Source: the human T2T-CHM13v2.0 reference genome, Homo sapiens
Reading direction: 5' to 3' (one strand)
Length of the DNA stretch: 64,000 bases
NCBI RefSeq assembly: GCF_009914755.1
Contig: NC_060926.1
A program made the position numbers and the translations under genes. Shown here one piece after another: positions 25,401-38,262 of the stretch (its first letter is position 1; each line of letters starts with the position of its first letter). Under the pieces are notes generated by a model, which was not told where the DNA came from, searched no databases, and worked only from the letters and a program-made list of their open reading frames with translations.

Positions 25401-25918
25401 CAGGTATTTGAGTTTCGGTTTTCTTTAATCTCTTCAGTAATTTAAGACTCATCTATTCTCAATTCATCTTCTAAATATTATAGACCTTTACAATCTACTG
25501 TGACTGACTTCGTTTCTTCTTTTTTAAAAACATTGAGTTGTACTTTTTCATTCCTTTGTTGTCAGTTTTATAGGAGTTGGGAAGGGAGTAGAAGTAAACA
25601 TATTTAACAAGAAGTTCCTAACAGTTTAATAAGACACAGATGTATGTTTTATGAAGACATTTGCAAAGGGGGTTCTCATGATAAATGAGGTTCACATCTT
25701 AGGAAGTAGGTGACAGGTCTCACTCACAACAGTAACAGTGAATTTTATTCATAGGATGGTTCAACAAAGCTATGGTAATTCATAAGAACTCACAGATGAA
25801 ACTCCATAACAACCTACAGTATGCGTAAGTTTGTGGGGTTGTCACTTGATGCTGAGACATACGAGGGGCATGACAGGTATGGACCTTGCCATAGGCTTGA
25901 CGCTCCTTGTATACAAAC

Positions 25919-26160
25919 TTTATGGAACTCTAATTTCACCTCTTTCCCCAACTATTCCCTCTTTGAGCTTTAGTTTGAGCTTTATAGAACCCTAATTGCA
26001 CCTCTTTCCCCAACTGTACACCTCTTTCCCCTGATTGTGGCCTCTTTGAGCTTTAGTTCATTATTTGTAAAATAAAGATAATTTTACCTACTTCATGGTG
26101 TAGATATAAGGATTTAGTGAGATAATGCATGCAAAAATATTTAGCTCACTGGAGCTCAGT
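25919..26160 (+). repeat. Short imperfect tandem duplications adjoining a MIR fragment
   Basis: cacctctttcccc occurs three times and cctctttgagctttagtt twice, followed by the MIR core-like tttgtaaaataaagataattttacctacttcat. Confidence 0.7.
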
Positions 26161-26827
26161 CAATGATAAAGTTAAATATCCAGAAGTTCCTGGATTAAAG
26201 TCAAGACCTGGAATACATCAGTTAGCTTGTTTCTGCTTCTATATCACATTTTTTTGGGACAGTTTATTCCATCTGTAAGCAGCTCTGATGACTGGAAATC
26301 TCATCTTTATGTCAAGCTTATTTTATTATCTCATTCATCCTTTAAATGGCTAAGGTCAGCAGTGGACAGGATGGAGCCCAGCCCTGCCATTATGGAACAT
26401 ACAGTCAATGTTATGACTTTTTATTTTTCTCCTGAATCTTTCTATCTGATCATTTTCCTCTTGTCTTAAGAATATGTTTTAGAATTTTCTTTAGCATGGG
26501 TCTGCTAATAGTGAAATCTATTTTTATTTGCCTGGAAATGTTCCAAATTGTCTTGATTTTTTAAGAATTTTTTGAGAATAAGAATATTATAAGAATATTT
26601 TTACTGCCTGGATTGGCAGTTCTTTTCTTCCGGCAAGTTGAAAATATCACATAACTGTTTTATGTCCTCGTTGCTGTTGTTGAAAAGTCAATTGTTAGTC
26701 TAAACCTTGCTCTTTTGGGAAACTCTGTCCTTTTTTCTCTGACTACTTTTGAGGTGTTCGCTTTACCTTTAGGTTTTCTTTAACTCCACTATGTTCAGTT
26801 GCAAATTTCTTTTTATTTATTTTTCTA

Positions 26828-29470
26828 GCACCAGAGGCACATCTCTGGTCTCAGGCACCAGGCTGCCACATACAGACACAGACTCCAGGCCTGGCTGACT
26901 CCAGCCTGATTCCAGGCTGGTCCCTGCAGCTGCATCCTCCATATTGGCCCTTATTGCCTCATGTTCCAGCAGACCCAGGGTCCAGATCCATACCTGAAGA
27001 CCCAGAACACAGACCTATCTTCATTTGCTCAGGCTCCAGATCTTCCCCAGTCCCAAGCTAGCGCCTATGGACTCAGGCTCTAGGCCCATCCCAGTGGACT
27101 CAGGCTCCAGGCCTGTCCCAGTGAACACAGCTATCAGGCCCATCCTAGTACCAGGCTGGCCACTGCAGACTTAGACTCAAGGCCCACCCCAGCACCTGGT
27201 AAGCCCCTGTGAACTTAGGTGCCAGGCATCCACCTGCTGACCAAACCTCCCCAAAGACTCCAGCAGCAAGCCTCCCCACAGACCACACCAGATAGCCTGC
27301 CCCTGCCCAAAATCTCTACATGGGCTGACTGAGGAAAGCTTTCCCAGACAAAACCAATCTGCAAATATTAGAATAAGTCTCTACTTTTTCAAATGTGCAG
27401 ATATCAGTGTAAGGCAATAAGAAACATGAAAAATCAATGAGATATAACATCACCAAAAGAACACTATAATTTCCAATAGCTGACCCCAAGAAAATGGAGA
27501 TACAAAAAGTGCCTGATAAGGAATTTAAAATAAGAGAGAAACAATTTAATTAAGTCAGGAAAACAATAAATGACCAAAATTATAAATGTAACAGAGAGAT
27601 TGAAATTATTTTTAAAAAACAACAAACAAATTATGGAGCTGAAAAACACAATAAATAAAAATTTTTTAAATGTAACAGAGAGCATTAACAACAGAATTGA
27701 TAAAGCAGAAGAAAAAAATCTGTGAAGTTAAAGACAGGTTATTTGAAAATATACAATCCGAGAAAAAAATAAAAAAGAATGAAAGGGAATGAAGAAATCT
27801 TACGGGATTTGTGGGATAGCATCAAAACGGCAAATGTTTGAGATATAGGAGTTTAAGAAGGAGAAGAAAGGGACAAAGAGATAGAAAGTTTACTTAAAGA
27901 AATAATAGCAGAAAACTTTCCAAATTGGGGCAAATGTAAATATCCAAGAAGAGGAAAGTCAAAAGCCTCAAATGAAATCCAATCCAAACAGGACTATCCT
28001 AAGACATATAACCAAACTGAAAATTCAAAGACAAAGATAGGCTCCTGAAAGCAACAAGAGAATATAAGCAAATCACATGTAAGCAGAGCTTTAATAAGGC
28101 TGATAGCAGACTTCAGCAGAAATTTGACAGGCAAGGAAAAAGTAGCTTCACACAGTCAAAGTGCTAAAGGAAAAATATTGCAGACTGAGAATATTGTACC
28201 CAACAAATCTGTCCTTCAGGAATGAAGGAGAAATGACTAAGAAGAGCTGAAAGAGTTCATCATCACCAGAAGTCTTATAAGAAATCTTAAAGGGACTCCT
28301 CTAAGCTGAAAGAAAGAGGCACCAATTAATAACATGAAAACATATGAAAGTATAAAACTCACTGTCAAAAGTAAGTACATAATCAAATTTAGAAAACTCT
28401 AATACTGAAATTATGGTGTGTAAGTCACTTATTTCTTTAGTAGAAAGCTTAAAAACAAAACTATTAATAACAACCACAATAATTTGTTAAGGGATGCACA
28501 ATATAAAAAAGTATAAATTATAACTTTGAAAACATAAGATGGGGGGAGGTGAAATAAAAAGGTTGAGTTTTTTAAGTACAATCAAAATTAAGTTGTTTCA
28601 GTTAAAAATAGCCTGTTATAACTACAAGCCTCATGGTAACCACAAAGCAAAAATCTATAGTAGATTCACAACAGATAAAAAGTATGGAATCAAAGCATAG
28701 AACTAGAGAAAATCATCTAATAAAAAGAAAAACAGCAAGAAAGGAAGAAAGGAAGAAGGATCTATAAAACAATCAGAAAGCAGCAAAATGACAGTAGTAA
28801 ATCCTTACCTATAAATAATTACTTTTAATCCTACTACTGAGCATATATCCAAAGTACATGAAATCAGTATGTTGAAGAGATATTTGCACTCTCATGTTCA
28901 CTGCAGCACGATTCACAGTGTCCAAGATATGCAATCAACTTAAGTGTCCATCAACTGATGAATGGATAAAGAAAACGTTGTATATGTACATAATGGAATG
29001 CTCTTCAGCCTTAAACAAGAAGGAAATTCTGTCATTTGCAACAACATAGATGAACTCAGAGGTTCTTATGCTAAGTGAAATAAGCCAGGCACAGAAAGAT
29101 AAATACTGTATGATCTCACTTATATGTAGAATCTAAAAAAGTTAAACTCACAGAAACAGAGAGTAGAATGGTGATTACTAAGAGGTGGGTGGGAAGCAAT
29201 TTAGGGAGATGTTGGTGAAAGGATCAAAAATTTCAGTTAGATAGAAATAAGCTCAAAGGATCTATTGTACAACATGGTGACTATAGTTAATGACAATGTA
29301 TTTTATTCTTGAAAATTGCTAAGAATACATTTTGTGTTCTCACCACAAAAAAGTTATGCAATGTAATGCATATATTAATTAGGATGACTTAGCTATTCTA
29401 CAAACGTATATATTTTAAAACATCATGCTGTCTAAGATAAATATATATAATTTTGTTAATTTAATTTTTT
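26828..29470 (+). mobile_element. L1MA-type element: GC-rich 5'UTR, ORF1 and ORF2 start fused directly to the ORF2 C-terminus and 3'UTR
   Basis: ccaggc-rich 5' region and ORF1-like gaaataatagcagaaaactttccaaa. ORF2 start atgacagtagtaaatccttacct joins cctactactgagcatatatccaaa at ~28829. L1MA 3'UTR runs to ~29465. Confidence 0.8.
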
Positions 29471-29564
29471 TTATTTTAACAAAGATTGGTCATGATTTGA
29501 AGAGCCGTGGTTTCAGGTTGAATCCCAATAATTATTTGAAAGGGAAAGAAACATTATATAGTTT

Positions 29565-30102
29565 TGTATTAGTTCCTTATTGTTGCTGAATCAAATTACC
29601 AGAAATTTACCTGCTTACACCACACAAATTTATTCTTTTATTATCTGAAGGTTAGATCTCTAACATTGGTTTCACTGGGTTAGAATCAAGGTATCAGGCA
29701 AAAATGCATTCCCTTCTGTAATCTCTACAGAAGAATCTGTTTCCTTGTTTTTTTCCTGTGTCTAGAGGCTACCTGAAATGCTCAGCCCATAGCCCCTTCC
29801 TTCATCTTCAAAGCCAGCAATGGTCTATTGAGACCTTCTCATAACACCTTACTCTGACTTTCCTCTCATCATCACGTCTCCTTCTGTGATTTCTTCTGCC
29901 TATCTCCTCCACTTTCAAGGACGCTTATAATTACACAAGGCTTCTCTTGATAATCCAGGATAATCTCTCTATCTTGAATGCAGCTGAATACCAACCTTAA
30001 TTCCATTTGCAATGTTAATTAATTCCCCTTTGCTGTATAATGTAATAGATTCTAGAGCTTAGGATGTGAACATCATTGGGAGGCCATTATTCTGTCTATA
30101 TT
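29565..30102 (-). mobile_element. MLT1D-like MaLR LTR
   Basis: tgtattagttcc...caaattaccagaaattta...gataatccaggataatctc...ttaggatgtgaacatcattgggaggccattattctg. Confidence 0.85.
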
Positions 30103-30826
30103 GTGTCCCAAGGGTAGATTATTGAAAAAGAGACAGGCAAGGTATCATGGCCCCAGGAAAATGAACTGGGGTGCATGGCAGAGCTCTGGTTCTAGTGAGG
30201 AAATAGAATGTAGATTCAGAACTAAAAGTGATACTTATTATGTGTTTTGGGAACTCACAGAGGGAGTTGGGGAGCTGTTTTTGTTGGGTGAGGATAATGA
30301 CAAAAATTCATGCCCATATTGACATATTTTGTATGCACTTAGGTGCTAGTTCCTGCTCAGTCCTGACTCCATTGGCCCTGCCCCAAAGTAGGCAAAGTGA
30401 AGTAGCCTGGCAGAAGGATGCTAAAAGGCAAATGGAATTTGGAAACATTTTGTTGTTGTTGTCCACTCTTAAAGGCAAAACTCACGGGTCATACAAAAAT
30501 ATTCCTTAGAAACCTGTGACAATTTGAAAACTGTACTTTCCATCCCATCCTGTACGGGGTGGGGGAAGGAAAAGGAGGGCGTTTTTCTTGCTTTATTCCT
30601 AACAGCCATTTCTCCAAGCAGTGAGCTCTATTAGATTTTCCTGTGATTCCCACCAAAATAACTTCTAGTTAATGACCTCAACTATACATGCCACTATACA
30701 ATGCTTCTTCTCAGAAATACAAAAGTGCTGTCTTCACTTTGCCACCACCAGTAGACACTGATGAATGCTCAAATTGGGCTAGAGTCTTATCTTACTTGCT
30801 GGGATGCATTTTCTGAGGATTACTGG

Positions 30827-31214
30827 TGTGTTAGTCTGTTTTCCCACTGCTTTAAAGAACTGCATGAGACTGGGTAATTTATGAAGGAAAAAGATTTAAT
30901 TGACTCACAGTTCAGCATGGCTAGGAAGGCCGCAGGAAGCTTACAATCATGGCAGAAGGCGAAGGGGAAGCAAGGCACCTTCTTCACAAGGTAGCAGGAA
31001 GGAGAATGAATGCAGGAGGAACTAGTCAATGCTTATAAAACCATCAGACCTCGAGAGAACTCACTCACTATCACAAGAACAGCATGGGAGAAACCATCCC
31101 CATGATCCAATTAACTCCACCTGGTCTCTTCCTTGACACATGGGGATTGTGGGGGTTATGAGGATTATAATTCAAGATGAGATTTGGGTGTGGACACAAA
31201 GCCTAACCATATCA
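30827..31214 (-). mobile_element. THE1D/MSTA-like MaLR solo LTR
   Basis: tgtgttagtctgtttt...gactgggtaattta...ttcaagatgagatttgggtg...aaccatatca. TSD actgg/attgg. Confidence 0.9.
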
Positions 31215-31579
31215 ATTGGCTTCTCCTGTTCAAAGATAAAGACCTACAACTTTTCCAGTTCTCCTTGGCTTATATGCTAGTACATTTGACAGGTTTAATA
31301 ACTGGCTGAATGGCCATTACCAGACAGACATTTCTACTTGCAGTAAAGCAAGTCCTGTCTTAATAAATCTTTTTTTCCTTTTCTTTGCCAGTGATAAGAA
31401 GCTAAAAACAATAACAAACATGTTGAATGTCAAATTATGGCTAGGAAAGGCCTTATCAGGTCAAAATAATCGACTGATCTAACAAGATTAATTTCAATAA
31501 AGATTTATGTAAGATTCTTCCCTTGCCCCACCCCTCCAAAAAATCAAACCAACTAATAAAAGTACAAAGGTAGATTAAA

Positions 31580-32155
31580 ATATGGTTTAGCTGTAGCTCA
31601 TATGAAAAAGAGTCAGGGGCTTTGGTCAGCAGTGAACTCAGTTACACATAGCAGTGCGTAGCAGCTTCCAAGAAAGTTCTGTCAGTTTCAACCTATATTA
31701 CTAGAACTGTGTCACCTAGCCTTAGGGAGGAAATGATACCCCTCCAGTCTTCGTCAGTTTACAATGCATTGTCTAGCACTTTATTTGGGGCACCTCAATA
31801 GAGAAGATTTTGGAGGAGCAAGACCTATAAATACTATTAACTGAGGAATAAGTGCCTATAGAAATTTGAGATGTTTAGCCTAATGATTAAAGATTCAGGA
31901 AGCCATGATAACTCTTCAGATCTTAATAGTTGTGCATGGCCCCAAAGATCCAAAACTCATAAGCAGGAATCTCAGAAAGATAAGTTTTTGCCACAACATC
32001 TAGTAGTTAGGAATGTCTCAAGCTATTAACTCAGAAGACCGTGAGTGCTTTGACATGAGAGAACTTTACGCAAAGGTCAATGCCTGCTGACAGAGGGTCT
32101 AAGCTACAGATGGGAAGTAAACTAGATGACCCTGAATTCACTATAATTCTGCAGA
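31580..32155 (+). mobile_element. Ancient CR1/L3 LINE 3' fragment
   Basis: Degenerate CR1 hallmarks: tatgaaaaaga..ggggctttggt, gatgtttagcct, and a terminal actagatgaccct...aattctg. Confidence 0.6.
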
Positions 32156-32468
32156 CTTTTCAATGAATTTCAGGCAGTCTTACTCTTAGTTGAAAATCCA
32201 AAGTAGGCCAAGCTGGTCATTTGAAGCCCTCTACCTATCCCCAGTATGATCTTCCTTATGTGCCGTGGCTTAGCACTTGCCTCCCTCAGTTACTCACCGT
32301 CTTCTGTATCACTGACCTTCCACAGATATGCTCTAATGAGACCTTCTTATACTAAGAATATAAATGTTTATCTTTTAAGCTTTATCTCTGGACATCTTGG
32401 GCTCTGTCTCATATTCTCTAGGCTCCTTTTTCACTCTAGCCCTTGGTATGGCTACCAATGCCTGAGAA

Positions 32469-32913
32469 TGTAGCCTGACAGCACCTCTGTTCAGCTCCAC
32501 CATAAATCTCTTGATTTCTGCCTCTTAGCACTTCTCCACCACTGCCTCCCTAATACCTGCCGAAACTTGTTCAGCTATTCTGGTCTCCAGGCAAACCTGG
32601 AAGTAAGATGGAGTTAATATCCCATGAAGCATTCACCAATGGGGAACAGAATTTGCTTGATAACTATTCTCCCCTTGAAGCCCTTGAGTGAATAACTCTC
32701 AGGTGAATTATCATTGGCTCCTCAGATGTTCCCACGTGGATTGAGTTTCAGCTGCCTACAGCAGTAAAAACTTTCAATAACACACCCTTGGATTATTTTT
32801 CCTCTCTTCCCTATTCGTTACTTTCATTCTTTGTGATCGTTTTCCAGAATAAACTATCTGTATGCAAGTTGTTGTGTTAGATTTGACATATTGAGGCGAC
32901 TTAGACTAAAACA
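32469..32913 (+). mobile_element. LTR16-type ERVL LTR
   Basis: tgtagc start, gcaaacctggaag..ggagttaat..ccaatgggga, ccagaataaacta polyadenylation region, ctaaaaca end. Confidence 0.7.
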
Positions 32914-35900
32914 ATTTACACTTATGAGAGACATTACCCACTTAAGAATTTCAGAAATTAGTGAACAGGTGTAGAAATTTTCACTGCAAATTTAGTTGCT
33001 TAACTTACCTGTTTATAAGGCCAATTCAACTACACAGTCAACATTTATGGATACAGTATTAAGAAGAAGTCAGTATTGACCTCTTTCCTTAGCTATGTTC
33101 TATCATAGACAATAACCAGATGATATAAATGCAACTATGAGCAATGGAGTACTTTCTCTTGGCAGAATCTAAAAACACACGACACAATCTCCCTTGGAAA
33201 TAACTTGTAGCACAGGAAGGAAAGTGCATGAAAGAGCCAAGAAATAAAGTTGATTTGAGGTTGAAAAGAAACATCTCTTCAGGGAGCCACATACTCCCAG
33301 AATTTTTAAAAGCAAAAAAAAACAAACAAAAAAAAAAACAAAAAAAACAAAACAAACTATTTGCTTTTCTTAAAAACTTCACATCATAAACCCTGAGTAA
33401 TTTATGCAATTATAATATTCTACATCCATAATGAGATTTTACAGCCCTTCATCCAAGAGAAACAAGCCTTGGAATAATTTTACTCTGAAGTTCCTAAATA
33501 ACATAAAATTCAATTCACAGAATCACATTATTACTGAGAGAATCGATAATATTTTTCAATAAATGAGTTTAACAAAAATGATTTAATTTAATCTCCAAGT
33601 TTATGAGGGTAATGGTTGTTTCCTGCAACTATTATCATACTCGTTTCAGGTTAACTGCATGAATAATATCATCTAAGCTGTTTCTAATGATTGATCTATG
33701 TAATAAAAACCAAATTCCTGTATACTCCAATCCTTGGAAGAAATTAAAGATCTTTGCCAGCATTAGTCAAAATCCCACAGTATGTACCATGAAATGCTCA
33801 GAGCAGTCAGCTCTGGATTCTCATGAGAACACAGTTTGTACAAAAGCCCAGCTGTCTATAGTAGACAAAGATATGGAGTAGACAAAAGTTTTCATTATAA
33901 CATTCTTAACTCACCATTCCCTTCCTGCAGGTCTTCTCATCACCCAGTGCTCTCAGGCTCTCTCGGGTTGCTCTGGTCTTTCTATTTAACCTCTTATTGA
34001 CTCCTCCTGTGCCTTCCTCCTCTTTCCCACCCCCACCTTCTAACAGCACTCACCTGTGCTTCTTACCGTCCCTTATCAAGCGCTGTTGTGTGGGGGGGAT
34101 AATCTGCTCAAAGGCACCAATTTCCTCCTTCCAACAGACTTGCTAAGGAGAAATTAAGGAGAATGTCCATGATCCCAAAATCAGCATTTCTGAAAAAGAC
34201 ACTGTTCTTTGGCAAAAAACAAAGTGTCAGGATTTCTGTGAAGTCTTCTGTTTAGAACTGTTCTGGCCGAGTCTGTGGTATATCAAGTGTAAAACGCACT
34301 TAAATTTTTTGCCAGGTCTACTTCCTGTTTAAGAAGCTGTAAGAGTGCATGAGGCCCCCAGAGAAACTGCAAAGCTGAGGTTATAGATAGGAGAGCTGAC
34401 ATCTTCTATCATTTACTTCCTGACATCATAGCCTCTGGCTGTAGAAGAAAAGTGACTGCAATTTTCAAACATGCACACACACTCTCTCTTCTTTTTCCTT
34501 CTGCTAAACATTAACCAAATCAAACACTCTCAGAGCAGAAATAAGAAAGCAAGCTCCAGGTCTCAAATATTGGGAAGACAAACATATTTAACTTATTTGG
34601 CTAGAATAACTGTCCCATATTACCAAGAGCAAATAATCATTTCTCCTTCAGACAGATATAAAGTCTTGATATTTTGGGACTGTATTGTGTTTCTGTTTCC
34701 TTTAGAAGAAATTTCTGCTTATGGGGATGGTCAGTGGATTGGCAATCTCCAACTCACTTTTATTGTTATAAAAAGGTAGAATTTGAGTTTATATTTTATA
34801 ATAAATCTTTCAGAAAACCAGTGCTTGTTTTTCATTCATCTTGAAATCAAAAGATACGAGGTACAGAAGAGACTCTCAAACAGGCTTATCACCCCTGTAT
34901 GTTACAGCTGGAAAGACAGAGATCCAGAAAAATTATGTGACTTTCCTGAGCTCGTGTAGCTAGATGTGGACCCTCAAGAAAACACATTTTGTATAGGTCT
35001 CTGTGAATCCGATGGCATCTCTAGGAAAACAGGCTGCCTTTCTTCTTGGTAAGATATCATTGCAGAAGCACTGTGTACATTGTAACGACTGTCCATCCAT
35101 CAGTGAAAGTCCCTGACGTTTGCATGTTTTCCTCCTTCAACCTAATCTTTAAATCATTTCTATGCCCGTATAATATCTCTTCTTTAGGTATTTTATTGGG
35201 ACATTGGAAGAGTAAGAATTGGCATTTAGATTTTGGGGTGCCCTCTACGGCCCCATACATTCCTTCCTACGATAAAGATTTGAAGTAACTGCATGTGCTG
35301 GGAGCTGCACCAGGACGTAGGGACAGATAGCTGATTAAGTCATCACTCTAAGATGCTACTGGCTAGTGGGGATTATCTACCTGTAAGTAAATAATTTTAA
35401 TTCAATGAGACAAGTACTATAATAAACATATACTTACTGGTGCCATGGGAGTCACAGTTCTCTGCCTAGTGGGACTTCTCCATCTTTCTCAACTTGAGGA
35501 GCTGTCATTATTATGATTTAGAACTAAATTCAAAGTACTAAATAAAAGCCAGTCAGATTAACTTGTTATGACATAGGTTTATATTTTTTTTAAGGCTAGA
35601 GAACTTCAGATTATAAACCAGATAATCTTTTAAAAAGTCCTTCAAGATACATTAGTAAAACATTTTGGTTTTATGAGTCTGGGGCCTGGGTAGTATTCCT
35701 GTCCTATAACTAATATAATATTATAAATTACCAAATTTCTTTCCCTTCTTTTTGTTTAAATTGTCACACATTTACAGGAACAATTGCAGGTCACAGAAAA
35801 ATATTAAAAATGATTAAAAACTGAAAAATAATAGGACCAAAATAGTGGTGCCAGCTCACTTTCAATAAAATACTAAACAAAGTACAAGCCACTGAAATTC

Positions 35901-36029
35901 AGGTAAATTTAAATGATCACCATCTCCATCTAGTTTATTTCACTCGAGTCCTGCAAAGCACTTTGCTATTAGAATATCTCAATACATAAAATGTGATACA
36001 AATGGGCCTAATATGAAAATTTATATAAA

Positions 36030-36420
36030 AATCTCAAAAGATGCTGAAAAAGCATCTGATAACTTTCAACATAAATTTTTTTCTTCTTTATTTTTCTCAC
36101 ATGAGATGGGTAATGTACAGATGTCGTAATAAGATGTGAGGGAGGCACATCTCACACCTAAGCATAAAAACCTAATCATCATGTTTACGAATCACAAAAG
36201 GATCTCAACATACATTTTTTGAGGGGAAAACATACTAGCAAATGAGGAATAAATATGTAATTCTTCAACATGATCTCTAAAATCATTAATCTTAGTGGTT
36301 ACACATTAGAAGCATGTTTATCAAAATCAGAAACATGAAAATTACACACATCATTGCTATTACAAAGTTATGGTAATGATTTTCTAGAAGTTATGGCTGA
36401 TTCAATAAGACATGAAACAA
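36030..36420 (+). mobile_element. Old L1M ORF2 fragment hosting the U13 retrocopy
   Basis: atctcaaaagatgctgaaaaagcatctgataactttcaacat corresponds to degenerate [13 protein letters not shown]. Confidence 0.65.
36101..36203 (-). pseudogene. U13 snoRNA (SNORD13) retropseudogene
   Basis: Minus strand ATCCTTTTGTGATTCGTAAACATGATGATTAGG...GTGTGAGATGTGCC...TTACGAC...ACATTACCCATCTCA aligns end to end with U13. A-rich tail at 36081-36100. 15-bp TSD tcaacata(a/c)attttt at 36066-36080 and 36205-36219. Confidence 0.92.
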
Positions 36421-36439
36421 AAACAGAAGTCTAAGTGCT

Positions 36440-36628
36440 TTTCCATTGTAGCACTCACTATATTTGTAATTAAATAATGATTATATGGTCACTTGTCATC
36501 TCCCTTGTAAAAACATAAGCTCCATAAGAACAGGAACTAGGTCTGTATTATTTATTAAGGAATCTCAATGCCCAGAAAAATACCTTTTACAAGAAAGTAT
36601 GAAATAGATATTTATTAGATGAATGAAG
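36440..36628 (+). mobile_element. L2 3' end fragment
   Basis: taagctccataagaacaggaact..gtctgt...tatttattagatgaatgaa. Confidence 0.7.
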
Positions 36629-36629
36629 T

Positions 36630-37870
36630 AGAACTTCAGGGTATGGCTTAGTAAGAAGGTTAGCAAATCCTCTCCCCAAAAGCAAGTGAGAAGCTAAACA
36701 AAAATGACAAAAACAACTATGTCTATGCTCTTGGAATCTGCCAAAGGCATAGCCAATTGGAGAAGCATTTATGCTTGAAAACCTGTGGAACTGTGAAGAT
36801 TAGTAGGAGCTTAGGACATTTTTTACTGGGACAACTCCAAAGCTCCTGCCAGCCTGGTTGACATGGATGTTTTGTGAGAGTGGAACAGGCTGTGACAACT
36901 AGTAGTTTTGCTACCATGGTCATGCTGGGCACACTTGATCTGGAGAGGTGGGCCATGCCCATGCAGCAATGTCAGTAAAAGTGACAGTCTTGGCAGAGGG
37001 TCAGTGGAATTGACCAATGATTTTTCTAATCTGAGGTTTTTGTTGGGACAAGCATAATATCAGCTAAGGCTACACATATCCACGACAGAGACCAAGATGG
37101 CCTAAGCCCCTCTACATACTACTGGCCAACACCGAGGTTGCACACACAGAGAAAATGTGCAGAAGAGCCTGGTGGGAAGAAAAATCTGGAGGAAAATTGA
37201 AAACAGCTTGAAGTTTGTACTCTTCCTACATAGAAATCCATCAACAGAGAACAGAAACCTTATTGGCTCAAGTGTTTTGAGTATAGTGTCTGCCCAATCA
37301 TTGGCCGACCACCAGGCTACACAGAAAGAAGAATGATCCCTCATAAGTCCAACATAAAAACAACAATAACTTAAAAAAAAACAAAAAGGAACAGAGACAT
37401 AAGCAGCCATTGGGAAGACCAGTTTCACAGGTTTGGCCCAGGAAAGCTACTCAACAAATAAAACAACAAAAACAAATATCAGAAAAGAAAACCATGACCC
37501 AGAGTTGCTGTATTATCAAAATGTCTAAATTTTCTTTCTTCCTTGCTTTTTCTTTTTCTTTTCTTTTTTTTTTTTTTTTTTTTTGAGACAGAGTTTTGCT
37601 CTTGTTGCCCAGGCTGGAATGAGATTCTCCTGCCTCAGCCTCCTGAGTAGCTGGGATTACAGGCATGTGCCACCACACCTGGCTAATTTTGTATTTTTAG
37701 TAGAGACAGGGTTCCTCCATGTTGGTCAGGCTGGTCTTGAACTCCCGACCTCAGGTGATCCACCAGCTTCAGCCTCCCAAAGTACTGGGATTACGGGCAT
37801 GAGCCACGGCGCCCGGTTCTAATTTTCAATAAACAACGTTATGAGATATACAAAGAAATAGGACTCATAT
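36630..37870 (+). mobile_element. Old L1M 5' region fragment interrupted by an Alu
   Basis: acttcagg..atggc start and aaaaacaactat..ctcttggaatctgccaaagg. Resumes after the Alu with ttatgagatatacaaagaaatagga. Confidence 0.55.
37535..37817 (-). mobile_element. AluS-type element with a ~50 bp internal deletion
   Basis: Poly-T, gagacagagttttgctcttgttgcccaggctggaatg joined directly to agattctcctgcctcagcc, and ...gagccacggcgcccgg. TSD-like tcta(a)attttc on both sides. Confidence 0.93.
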
Positions 37871-37919
37871 TCAACGGAGGGGAAAAAAAGCAGTTAGTAG
37901 AAACTGAATCTGATGTCTC

Positions 37920-38262
37920 ATTTGTATCCTCTGCCTTCCCCAGCTTTTCTTGATCTGACCTCTGCAAACCAGCCTTCCTTGGTAGGTAGAGTTAGACAGT
38001 GTAGGAGACAGAGGCACAGAGGAAAGAAGCAGGTTTCTATTCTCCTCTGCTTTGGGCCGTGTCTCTGGCCACATCTCCTATGAGGTTCCAGTCTCACTGG
38101 AAAGCCCTAGCTGCTAATACCAGCTTTTCCTTTTGTCCTTCTGGCCCTAGAGATGGAAGGGCTGCCTGATGTTGTTATCTCTGGGTTTCCCCACCAACTC
38201 ATTTGCTCTTTATCTCTTCTAATTTCTTTGTAGCAATTTCCCTACAAATTCCTTCTCAACTG
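37920..38262 (+). mobile_element. Old ERVL LTR fragment (LTR33-like)
   Basis: ttccttttgtccttctggccctagagatggaagggctgcctgatgttg..tctctgggttt motif. Confidence 0.45.

Noticed and set aside
26860-27300. Repeated ccaggc/gactc motifs suggesting a repeat-spacer (CRISPR-like) array
   Set aside because: Irregular, degenerate units without constant spacers. They sit directly upstream of L1 ORF1 as an old L1 5'UTR in a eukaryotic genome.
33310-33358. A-rich tract as the tail of a processed pseudogene
   Set aside because: No upstream recognisable transcript and no clear TSD. Treated as a simple (A)nC repeat.
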